This document shows positions 1-10,014 of a stretch of 20,000 bases of DNA, one piece after another. Position 1 is the first letter of the stretch; each line of letters opens with the position of its first letter. A program made the position numbers and the translations under genes. The notes beneath the pieces were generated by a model that saw only the letters and a list, made by a program, of their open reading frames with translations, was not told where the DNA came from and ran no database searches. This DNA comes from Fimicolochytrium jonesii (lineage: Eukaryota): the NCBI RefSeq assembly GCF_025526975.1, contig NW_026515700.1, forward strand, positions 307,041-327,040. Reading direction: 5' to 3'.

Positions 1-1279
1 AACATCCAACTGATCTCTCCCAACGTTCTTCTTTGTCAACGTCGTCTTGAACCCCAACTGCCGAACCAACTCCAATATCTTGTCCCCGACCTTCTCCGCA
101 TCCTTCACGTCGTCATCGCTGCGAGTGTTGGTGCCGATAAACGGGAGGATTTCTGCGATTTTAGCGGCGGTGGCGGGTGAGGAGCGCGCTTTCAATTTGA
201 CGACGTGGCCGAGGGTCAGGCAGCTCGTGATGCCGTGCGGGATACCGTACGGGGATCCGAGCGCATACCCCAGCGTATGGGAGAGTCCGAGGCCGCCTTT
301 GATATTGGAGCCAAGGAAGCCGAGGGAGGCGTAGGCGGCGAGGAAGAGGCGGGTGATGGTATCTGGGTTCTGCGGGTCCTGTTTGTACTTGGGGAGAAAG
401 GTGAAGAGTTCTTTGATGGCGGAGAGGGCCAGGAGTTGGCATGGCATCCAGGTTGCTGTGGGGTGGTATTGCAGTTCGATGGCGTGGTCGAGGGCGCGGA
501 TGCCTGTGGAGATGAAGAGGTCCGGTGGGGTGTGCGCGCCGAAACGGGGGTCGTAGAAGACGTGGGTGGGTAAGGTTCCCGGCTGGGAAATGGCTTGTTT
601 GGTCCCGTCGGGTTGGGTGAATCCGGCGCCGAAGGTGCATTCGGCGGCGGAGAGGGTGGTGGGGATCGCGATGTGGCGGAGGTAGTGGCCGGTCTTTTCG
701 TAGACGCGGAAAGAGATGGCTTTGGCGGAGTCGATGGGTGAGCCGCCGCCAATGGAGATGATGGTATCGATTGGGTGGTCTCCTTGAGCCTGAATGCGAG
801 AACGAAAGGGTATGATGAGTGTTGAGTATGAGTGTGTGAAATTGGGCGATGCATCAAAACGACATCCTCCTCGCTGCGCTCGCGACAAGGATGTTGGGCA
901 TCGATGCTCAAGAACACGGGCTCGCTATCGCTCGCAGGTATTCGCTGCCGCTCCCTTGCGCCAAACAACGCTCACTCCTTTCGTTGCTAACCCTCACCTT
1001 CAAAACAACCTCTACCGCCTCATCCAGCTCCTTGACAGGCGCATGTTGTTTGATTTTACTGAAAGTCACGGCATGCCTCTCCTTCCCCAACAACTCCTCC
1101 ACCTCTTTGACTAAAGGCGTTTTTGTCGCCAGCGAGTTCCCCGTCACAATAAAAGCTCTAGAATCTTCCTTGGGCAGGGCGGCAAGAAGGTTATCTTTCA
1201 CGCTGTTTGGGCCGTAGGAGAGTTGTTGGAGGGTTGTTGGCTTGTAGGTGCCCTGCAGGGGTGAGCGAGAGGATTCCAT
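1..1279 (-). CDS. Iron-containing alcohol dehydrogenase family protein (Fe-ADH / maleylacetate reductase-like), 2 exons visible, 3' end outside window
   Basis: Exon 1 is 1279-998 (MESSRSPLQGTYKPTTLQQLSYGPNS...IKQHAPVKELDEAVEVVLK). The intron is 997-790 (GTGAGG...CATTCAG). Exon 2 runs 789-1, open to the window edge. It contains IISIGGGSPIDSAK (NAD-binding GGGS), AIPTTLSAAE, STGIRALDHAIE and GLSHTLGYALGSPYGIPHG (metal-ligand Asp/His pattern of the family). Confidence 0.92.
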
Positions 1280-1717
1280 CTTGTGCCTTGTTCTTGTTGT
1301 TGTGTTGTTATGTTGTTGTGAGGTGTGAGATATGAATGCGATTATTTGAGCGACAGGGCAGTGAGTACCGGGTCTATGTACTGTACTGTAGGTGCGGGTG
1401 CTATGTGAGGGCCATGCCACACTGCGTTCATAATGGCGGGGCGGGATGGGGCTCTCCGCCGGTCCCGCAGAACACCGGGAGACTCGCCCGTCTGGGGAAG
1501 TGTGACATCACGCGCGCGAAAGTCGTCGCGCAAGACGTCGCTGCGAACGTGGACTCCGACGACGCAGACGCCACGAGCACACAGGAGAAAAGGCAGAGAA
1601 GCATGGGTGGGCTCATTATGCGAGGAAATATGATGGACCGCCGCCGTAGTACATACATAGGACACAGTTGCGCAATCTATGTATATAGCTAGCTTTCGCA
1701 AGTCTTGGTCAGGTCCG

Positions 1718-3810
1718 CTATCGCCAAATATTGCGGAAGGGCCAGATCATATCTACATGGCTAGCTCCTCCACTCCCTCCTTTCGCAGTTAGGCGGTGAG
1801 AGTAAAGCTCGCGGCATGCGTCTGCTCCTCGAGCTACTGTTAGTGCTGGGAGATCCTCGTTGGCGAATATAGGATGGTCCAATGTGACATCACCCGGAAC
1901 ACCAATGCCATTAGCCAGCAACGTCCCCTTCTTGGACTTCTTTATCGTTTTCAAGATTTTTGCGCCATGTCCGGCGTTCGACTCCTGAAAGAAATCAGAC
2001 ATCTGATCTTGAGGATCTGAGGTTTTGATAAAGGCGGCGTTTTGCGTGCTGAACGCGAGCACGCCGGGTTCAGACGATGTTCTGAACAGCGCCGAGCCAG
2101 ACCAGAGACGCTATTCCCCGTCCCATCGGAGGGATCTGTCATGTGGATAGACAGGTCTGGGATCGCCAACTTCCAGAGCATATGGACTTGCGCCTGACGG
2201 GTGTCACGTACTGTACTGCTGGTGCTGGTGGACAGGAAAGAGGGATCGCTTCGTTGTACTGTACCTCTGTCAAGGTCGCGAAGTGGGGGAGAATGGACAT
2301 CAGTCGGCAATCCACCGGCGCTGCCTGTCCAAAGAGCGCAATTGCGACAGCTTCTCCGTCACGGCGGTTGTACCACGCTGTAGGAATTTGGCAATATGAG
2401 AATCGCCATCTGGCAAAGAGATTCCAGTGATCTGAATCGCTACGACGTGCGTTATCTTCAGCACCCGATGTCCATCTCCCTAGTAATAGATACATCATCG
2501 ACGGGGAACCCGCTAGCATCTTCCTCATCATATGGCGGCAAAGCAGTCCAAGCTGCGGCGCCGTCCTCCACGGAATCCGCTCTCCACCCTTCCGGAGTGG
2601 TGAAGACGAAAGTGTGGGGTACGCCGTCCCGAATCCAAAATGACCAGGAAAATATGTCTAGGAGCTGGTGGACGGTGGAGGTCAGCATGAGCTGCGCACG
2701 TCATACGCACGCTTGTTGGCAATGGCGTGCGGAGTCTCAAGCCACTGCGCGGCGCGGCGGTCCTTAAAGCAAGAGAAGGCATCTAGACGTTCGACACGAC
2801 GTCAGGGCGTGTTGAATGATGGAGATACCGGGACGCCAGGAGTTATGGATGCCCGATTGACCAAGTGGCAATACCACGGCATGGCCGCCTTCATCAGATC
2901 TTCCCCTCGATCCCTTAAGTAGCTTCAGTAGTGTCCATCGCTTCATCAGATCTTTCCCTTAATCACCTCGGTCATTATCCTTGGTCAATCGCCATCGCTC
3001 AGCATCAGTACCTTCCTTCGATCCGTCCCGATCGCGCAAGGGTCGGTCGATGTAGTCATCACAGGGGATGACGAGCATCTGCGATCTATCACAGGGTAGA
3101 ATGTGCTGCTTGTGCTACACTCAAGGGCTACTTGCTTCCCGTCGTCCATTTGCAGCAAATGATCTTGTTCGGATCAATTGTCGAAAGAGTCGTGCAGACG
3201 GGGCCGGTGGCGCGCGCTTTCGCCGAAGGCCTCCGATGTGCCTCCGAAGGCCTCTCTCATGGGGAAGGGCTCCTTCGAGTGGAAAATGGGTTCGGCTTGC
3301 GTGCCTCACGCACTCACGCCCGGCCGTACACTCCTCCTTCCTTCACGCCACCTTGTTCTGCTTCGGTTGTAGCGGACTTTGGAAGGTAGATGGTAAAGCT
3401 GAGGCATTGAACGCACCCCAAAGCCTGTCGGAATCCCGTGCGATTCCTGGTTAAAAAAACCGCCACAGATGCGTCCGTGACCGGGAAGACCGATGTTGCA
3501 ACAACCTCAAACCAGTGTCCGGGTTCCATGGCAGCCCGGAAGACAAAAGCAATTGTCTGCTTGCTTTGATTCAGTAATCCGATTCTGACCACGGTGCAGA
3601 TGACGGTGGGTGGAATATGGCAGCGAGAAGGCTTGCTCACACCCGTGGTGGCTATGCTCGGAATAATGTCTGGGGCGTCGTAACCAGATTTGTGGCCAGT
3701 ATATACTGTTTGGCGTAGTGGCGAATCTTCCTGGTCTGCAGACGTGCAGGTCACCGGTTCGATTCCCACGTCCTTCAGCTCAGAGTATGACCGCGACAGT
3801 TGTATGTTAC
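1718..3810 (-). other. Possible degenerate coding remnant(s) of unknown family
   Basis: Several protein-like minus-strand ORF pieces (1718-2062, 1951-2310, 2458-2688, 3314-3892) in different frames. I see no recognisable motif and could not splice them into a coherent model. Confidence 0.2.
2889..3024. repeat. Three imperfect direct repeats (core CATCAGATCTTYCCYTNRATC), ~52-60 bp apart
   Basis: cttcatcagatcttcccctcgatcc (2889-2913), ccatcgcttcatcagatctttcccttaatc (2935-2964), gccatcgctcagcatcagtaccttccttcgatcc (2991-3024). Confidence 0.55.
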
Positions 3811-3961
3811 CTGAATGCACTTTCTTTTTGCTTCTGTAACACTCCCTTTGTAAACACTCGCGCTTAACCGAGCCTCTCCGCTCTTCATTCAACGTGCGGT
3901 GTGGGGAAGCGGGTCGATGCTAGTGAGAAGTGTGGTTTCGCTCCGAAAAAAGACCAAGAGG

Positions 3962-3967
3962 AAAAAA
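3962..3967 (-). terminator. RNA polymerase III T-run terminator of the tRNA gene
   Basis: TTTTTT on the minus strand, 4 nt downstream of the tRNA 3' end. Confidence 0.75.
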
Positions 3968-3971
3968 GAGA

Positions 3972-4043
3972 AGGTCTCGCCGAGAATCGAACTCGGGTCG
4001 TGAGATTCAGAGTCTCAAGTGCTAACCGCTACACCACGAAACC
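3972..4043 (-). tRNA. tRNA-Gln (anticodon CTG), intronless
   Basis: The reverse complement reads GGTTTCGTGGTGTAGCGGTTAGCACTTGAGACTCTGAATCTCACGACCCGAGTTCGATTCTCGGCGAGACCT (72 nt). Acceptor stem GGTTTCG/CGAGACC, anticodon arm TGAGA-CT-CTG-AA-TCTCA, T arm CCGAG-TTCGATT-CTCGG. Confidence 0.96.
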
Positions 4044-4302
4044 GCAGATGTTTTGCGATGATGTTTAAACTACAGATTCGTAAATACGCGGGAGTCGCAA
4101 TTCATTTCCCGAAGTTGATGATACGCGGTGTCAAAACTGGTCGGAGAGCTTTGGGCCTCTCGCCCAACAACCATTTTATTTTCACCTTATATTGGCCATA
4201 ACTTTATAGATGGGAATTACAGAACAAGCAGATTTTATGCCCAAAAATCGTACATACTGCCACATTGTTCTTCACCGGCGCTCCCATCACCACTGCAAAA
4301 AC

Positions 4303-5385
4303 TTACAGCACATGCAAAACATTATCCGGCACATGAAAACTCTCCAAAATCTCTGCAACCGCTGTGTTGAACCCCGGTGGTCCACACACCACAATGCACA
4401 AACTATCCCACGGGTATTCATTCACCCAGTTGCACCTGCCCAGATTCCCCCCTTCCAGATCCGCTGTTCCGTCGACGGACGGCAGCTTCCTGTCGAGCAA
4501 TGTCTTCAAATCTTCCGGTAATATCTCTTTGATATGCTGCCGGGTGACGCGGCCTTTTGATCCAGTCCATGAAGCAGATGGACTGGAGAGGATGTGAGAT
4601 ACGCGTAAGGACCCTTGCTCGGCGCGTTCCATGCATGCGAGCTCGGTGATTAGGAACATCTCTTCCTCGGAGCGGTTCGACCATAGGAGCCGGAGATGCG
4701 ATCTGAGGAGACCTTTGCGGGCGCTTGTTGGTGTGGATGCTCGTACTCGCTGCTCGGGTTGACTGTTGCGTTGGCCAAATTGGCGATAGAAATCTAGGAT
4801 TTGGAGCATGGGTGTGATTCCTGCTCAGATCATGATTGATTAGTTCGACGTTCAATGATGTTCAATTGCGAGTGGAGCAAAACACATACCTGTCCCAGCT
4901 GCAATCATAACGACGTTAGGGTAACAGCCGTCCTCAGAATCCGGATGGATCAGAGGCGTAACGATATGACTTTCCGGATTTGTCATGTCCACAAGGTCGC
5001 CGACGGCGACCTCGTCCAAAGGAGCTGTGACAAGCCCGGCGGGGTATATCTGGAGAACGACTATGTGAGTACATTTTGAGTGCCCACGCTCATACATGAG
5101 AGGCACGCACCTTAATGTATAGATCGATGCAATCATCATTCGGGCTCTTAATTGGCGTATACTCTCTGATGTGGATTGTGCCCGACTTGTCTCTCAATCT
5201 GATATCAAGGCAACGATCAGACCATGCACTGGTTTCTGGGACAGACGAGAACGCACCGCAAAGTCACTGCATCCCCAGGCTCAATATCCACCGGAATCGT
5301 CTGCTTCAACCGAAACCGAAACTTTCGCACCGGCATGGGTGCATTGAAAGCCGTCACCGTCGTCTTCTCAACAAGCGTCGCTCCA
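4303..5385 (-). other. Cytochrome b5 reductase-like FAD- and NAD(P)H-binding domains of the fusion protein
   Basis: REYTPI (RxY[T/S]), YIKIYPAGLVT, MIAAGTGITPMLQ, LLWSNRSEEE, WTGSKGRV, VVCGPPGF. Confidence 0.93.
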
Positions 5386-8300
5386 GCGCCTCTCGACGCG
5401 GAAGTATTCAGAGATGTATGTGAAGTTTCCGACGTCGTTGACGGTGGAGAGAGAATGAACTTCCGCGGACCCGTGTCGGATGGTGGTAATAACGGCTGAG
5501 ATAATGCGGCCGAAGCTATGATTTTGGGTCCCAGTCCTGATTTCGTGGGTTTGTAAGGCCCCTTCTTGGCCTCGAATGATGTAGAAGCTTCTTGAATGGC
5601 GGCCGGGACAATGCTGCTTCGACGACGGGCTAGTGCAGGAGGAGCCGCGCTCACGCTTAGGATCGACCGTCCCATCTCGGTCACCTTTTCCTTAGGGAGG
5701 CACGCAATGACCAGGCTGCTGAGTTTATTCATGGCCTTGATGGAGAGTTGATTAGTCCGTGAGCTTCATGTAAATGCACATGTCAGAGCAACCAAATCTA
5801 ACTTACAAACCGGCTATGCATGTGAATACCGCCGTTTTTCACTTTGCCCAGGAATGCGTTTGTGGCGTCCATGCCAACATAATCTTCCAGTAACCGACGG
5901 CCACCGGGATGCTGATCAAAATAGCCGTTCAAATCCATGACCAGTCTAGTGTGAAGTCAGAGGTTCGATCTCCATCTCAAAGAACACAAAGCCACCGTCT
6001 ACATACCCTCCGATCAAAATCCAAGGCTTTCCGTCCATGCACGATTGCTCAAAATCCTCCAGTGTTATCTCGCGTGCGGGTTCTTTGATCTGCACATCCT
6101 CGGTGAACTGCACAACGCCGACATTCTCCTCTGTGTTTCGCTCGACCCATTTGCCGAGACGGCTTTGCAAGAACCGGTCAAGGAAGCGGTTTGCGAAATC
6201 GCCGAGGTAGGCCTGGATTGATTTGATGCCCAGCAGGATGACGACGAGCAGACCGAAGTAGCCTAGGTAGAGGGAGGGCCAGATCTTGCTGGTGGAGCCG
6301 TAGCTTGCGGCTGGGTGGTTTGAATCGTATCAGTACGGATGAAGTATCAAAGAGCACTGTGCTTCTTGGAGAAATCTTACCCAAGTCCTGCACGCCGTAC
6401 CAGCCATTTAGGATGCCTACGAACTCGTTTAGTCATTTGAAGCCCGGTTATCGCTATAAGCGCCGCTTTACACGTACCCAGTACATAGGTCAAGTAAGAC
6501 CCGAGTTTGTGAACCGACCGCATTCCTTGGGAGTATCTCGCAAAGATCCGCCAGTCTTTCTGCGCAAGAAATCCTACCGTCCCGCCCGCGATTCCGACGC
6601 AGGCGGTAGCCACGCCGATTTTGATATGATCGTACGTGTGCATCTTCAACTGGATAACAAGTATCACTTTAATTCTCCGTTAAAGCTGCTGCCGTCGAGC
6701 CCAACTCCAAACCTTACAATAAACTCGTCATACGAGACGGCAATGTGTCGCAACGTAAACGCAAACTCTCCCAGCGCAAAGCTCATGAAGAACTTGTGCC
6801 AGCCCAACCACAGATCAGCACGTTTTCCATAACGGGCAATATAGATCCCCACAGGTATCATCACGAAGAGAATCAGGAGCATGTCGCCTGCGTGCCATCT
6901 GGTTTCGGGAACGAGCAGTATTGGTGTACGAAAGGGTAAATGAACCCTTATCGCATAGAACACTTACATCCGGAAAAAGACGTCGAAATCGTGGGAGTCC
7001 GTGATCGCAACCGACGACGAGCCACTACTCCCCGACCCAACCCGAATATTCAATTTTACCTGAAACCGGTTACCGGCCCCATGATATGCCAACTTCTTGT
7101 CGGATGACGAATACGCAAAGATCACCGGAAGCGTTGCACTCGTGCTGCTGATCTCCTTGTCGCAGGCGTCGCCGGTGCTGAGTTTGCGGGTGAATGCGAA
7201 GGCGCGGGTGGAGGACCAGTCTGCTGTCACATCTTTCATGTTTGTGATGTCGTTTGTGCAGCCTTGGCTGACATCCGTTGGTGGCTATGAGTCGATGAGA
7301 AGATGGAGTAAGGGTATGCGGGGTGACCCACAGCATTATATGACCCTTTACCTGTGTATACGATGTGGAGTACAAATCGTGAACACTCCAGGTTCCATCG
7401 TCGTCCTCATAAACCGCATACATGTCTGCGTTCGTCATGGTATCACCGATCCCGAATGCAAACCTACCGCCCGCGTTCGTCAAAGATCGGTCCTTTTCTC
7501 ACCCAAAGTACATGGAAGCCCTTCAGTTTCTTACCACCCGCTGTAATTCGAGGCAATAACAAAATCCACCGTTTTCGCAGTGACATCGATGTAGTATTGC
7601 AAGATCAGCCCTGTCGTCAATTGAACGGTTTGTTTCGCGGAGCCCTGGGTCGTGCCAGTTGATGTGCTGCTCGTGGTCACTCCGCGAAGAGCATCAATTG
7701 TGGTTGCGTCCGCCCAGCTGTGGCGCAATAGAAGAACCTGTTTCAGTAGGTGATCCAACGGACGCGGAGAACGTGCCAGCTCCACCGCAGCCCTAGTGAC
7801 GCACCTAAACGCGCTTTCTGGAAAGGCGGCGATATCCGTATTCCACAGGATTATGTTTGACAAGGTCACATTGTTTAAATCCTTGGTGTCTTGGGCGTTG
7901 AGCACATCGGGGAGTTGATACCAGAACGCATCACCGTCTAGGATGCATAACAGCGTGAGTTTCTCTCCAGTATATCCTACATTCAAATATCACATCCTCC
8001 TCCTCCACCGCTCACCCCGTAACCTCATAAACTGAGTCATGATCGACGCCTTGAACAACGGCCCCACTAGCCCAGATTCAGCATCCTCGGCTAATCCGCC
8101 CACATACGGCTCTATGTTGTCGATATTCCCTTCATACGCATCATAGAGAGCTTTCTGTAGAACCTCGTCGGCGGTGATGTCGGCGAATGCATAAACTTTC
8201 GTGAGGCCGAAACTCTTCCTGCATTCGTTATAGCTGGGGAGACCGATATCTCTGTGGGCAATTGGTTTTTCCAGGATTAAGCCTCAGTCTGCCAGGGCAT

Positions 8301-10014
8301 CGCCTGATTCGCAAAGCACTGACCGGCCCCTCTGGATGTTGAAAGCCGCCAGATCGAAGAAAAGCTGCGGCTTCAGCCCGAATGGAGCTGCCGGCATGAA
8401 TTGACGGAGGTCATCGACAAGAACTACGTCTGCGGCTTGTTCCAGCTTTTGAGGTTTGGCAATTCAATGATGAGCGTGACTTCCTTTGCACCGCACACAA
8501 CATTCTCCGAAACCCAACTCACCTGTGCCACCAAGCCTCGAAGAATCGGCTCGATACCATCAGTCACGACGGCGGCAGGGTTCGTGATCGCGTCGCGGAG
8601 AATTAGATGCCCCTTTGGGAATGGCGCCCATTTCTCGTCAAGACGTGGTATGATGGGGCTGATTGCGCTGTGGCCGTAGCGGAAGGATGCTCCCCAGAAA
8701 AGCATGTCAATAGCTGTGAGAGTAAACGGTCGATGAGCAGAGAGTAAAGCGCATAGGAGGTGGACCGGTAACTCACCGGGATCTATCGATGCGTTGTAAC
8801 CCTTATATGCTGGAAGTGGCTGGCCCAGCAATCGAGGAAGATACTAAGGACATTGCATCAGTTGAAACTCTCGAATCGCAATATGACGGACGTAATTATA
8901 GGTAGCCACCTCGGAGTACGTGACTTTTTGAATGCAAGCGACGACCCACGTTCTGGCCATCTGAAAGAGAGCCTCATCTGTGGCATTTGGATATAGTTTC
9001 AGATACTGAGCAGCACGACGGTTGTGCTCTCGCATGAATAACGTTTGGATTGAGAGCAGCGCTGGATTCTTGACAAAGGAAAACGTCGGTAAGTGGATGC
9101 TAAGCTGGTGAAGGCCGATTATACACGTAATGATAGATCACCTCATTCGCACGGACATCCCTACGCAAAGCAATTCGTCAATATGAGATCACAATTACTC
9201 ATACTCGTTGCCAACTCTCACCCAGCCAGGAAGGTTCGGGGTTTCAATCCCAACATGATATCCGGCGTACTTTCTGGCCGAAAAGGTAGAAGATTTCCCT
9301 TGTACGTTCTGAACAGCCCGTTGGAGAACGTCCGTAGCATCGCAGCACGCTCGTCATCTGCACCGTAAACCTGTGACCCGTCCACCCATGCCGATTGCTT
9401 GTTGTGGAACACACGCTCGTGCGTCGTCGGATCGGGGGTGTAGTTGATGCGGGTGAACTTCATAGTTGCTGTTCCCGTGCTCCCTGGGTCGTAGACTGGA
9501 TCGCCAGATGGTACGCCGATGTTGAAGGACTCGGAGGCATTATTTTCAACATGGATGATGTCCTATAATCGCTGACACATTAGCCCCCAGCATCCGACAA
9601 CACATCCCATTCTCAATCCTTACTGACATGAGCCATAAATTGTCCCCAGAAAGCCAGCATATTCGACACCTTCTCCACGTTCGGCACATCGTCCCCTGCA
9701 CTTCCCATCACTGTATTCGACACATGTCGTGCACTTGGGTAGGTGGAGTTCCCCGTCCCTATCGGCGCGCCAATGCCGTCGACATAACGTGATCCCCGAA
9801 CTTCGATCCGGCCAAATGGCGTCCCGTACGAGCCCCAAGCGGGATTAGCCGCATTGTTCTGCATGGCACATGTATATACGGGTGAGTTTCAAAATCTCAT
9901 TAATCCCTCCGGCGCAACGATTTTTATTACCCCACTTCCGTCGAAATGCCGGTAGGCAGCGCGTGTAGCGCCAAAAAGTTGCTCAAAGAGCAGGTAGCAT
10001 AACCACGGCTTCAT
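4303..10014 (-). CDS. Multidomain membrane oxidoreductase: signal peptide + animal-type heme peroxidase + DOMON + cytochrome b561 + cytochrome b5 + FAD/NAD(P)H reductase (1423 aa, 22 exons)
   Basis: Exons on the minus strand: 10014-9931, 9858-9628, 9562-9222, 9160-9142, 9068-8910, 8843-8777, 8713-8523, 8445-8324, 8251-8016, 7937-7805, 7717-7535, 7463-7352, 7284-6968, 6898-6718, 6649-6478, 6416-6381, 6310-6007, 5945-5807, 5735-5257, 5198-5111, 5049-4890, 4820-4303. All 21 introns are GT..AG with consistent phases. The total is 4272 nt including TAA. Domain motifs are listed in the sub-features. Confidence 0.88.
5705..6085 (-). other. Cytochrome b5 heme-binding domain of the fusion protein
   Basis: ITLEDF...PWILIGGLVMDLNGYFDQHPGGRRLLEDYVGMDATNAF...HMHSRFAMNKLSSLVIA, with canonical HPGG, G.DAT..F and HS motifs. 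Confidence 0.92.
6190..6898 (-). other. Cytochrome b561-type transmembrane di-heme domain of the fusion protein
   Basis: Four spaced His in hydrophobic helices: WHAGDMLLILFVMIPVGIYIARY, WLGWHKFFM, DHIKIGV, MRSVHKLGSYLTYVLG. These are followed by a further hydrophobic helix, WPSLYLGYFGLLVVILLGI. Boundaries are approximate. Confidence 0.85.
7040..7630 (-). other. DOMON domain (heme-binding Met/His type) of the fusion protein
   Basis: GWFAFGIGDTMTNADM (ligand Met), VHDLYS...PPTD, FAFTRKLSTGDACD, VIFAYS, LAYHG (ligand His). Boundaries are approximate. Confidence 0.9.
7805..9957 (-). other. Peroxidase-cyclooxygenase superfamily (animal heme peroxidase) domain of the fusion protein
   Basis: YRHFDGSG-NN..NPAWG, PSARHVSN, WGQFMAHD (distal Gln/His), SAWVDGSQVYG (Ca loop), GDVRANE (distal Arg/Glu), LFMREHNR, FRYGHS (proximal His), DLAAFNIQRGRDIGLPSYN, YVGGLAE, QFMRLRDGDAFWY. 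Confidence 0.95.

Noticed and set aside
47..968. ORFs 47-334, 161-640, 205-573 and 216-968
   Set aside because: Antisense or alternative-frame shadows of the Fe-ADH exon 2.
1280..1420. N-terminal extension of ORF 908-1420 (MAWPSH...)
   Set aside because: Low-complexity CAA/ACA-rich leader typical of a 5' UTR; family similarity starts after ATG 1279.
4303..6085. Nitrate reductase
   Set aside because: The b5 + FAD/NAD module is similar, but no molybdopterin or dimerisation domain lies upstream.
4303..10014. Calling the large gene DUOX/NOX, or several separate genes
   Set aside because: There are no EF-hands, and the membrane part has a DOMON-b561 His pattern plus a b5 domain rather than a gp91 ferric-reductase core. 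All exons join in frame across domain borders through short canonical introns.
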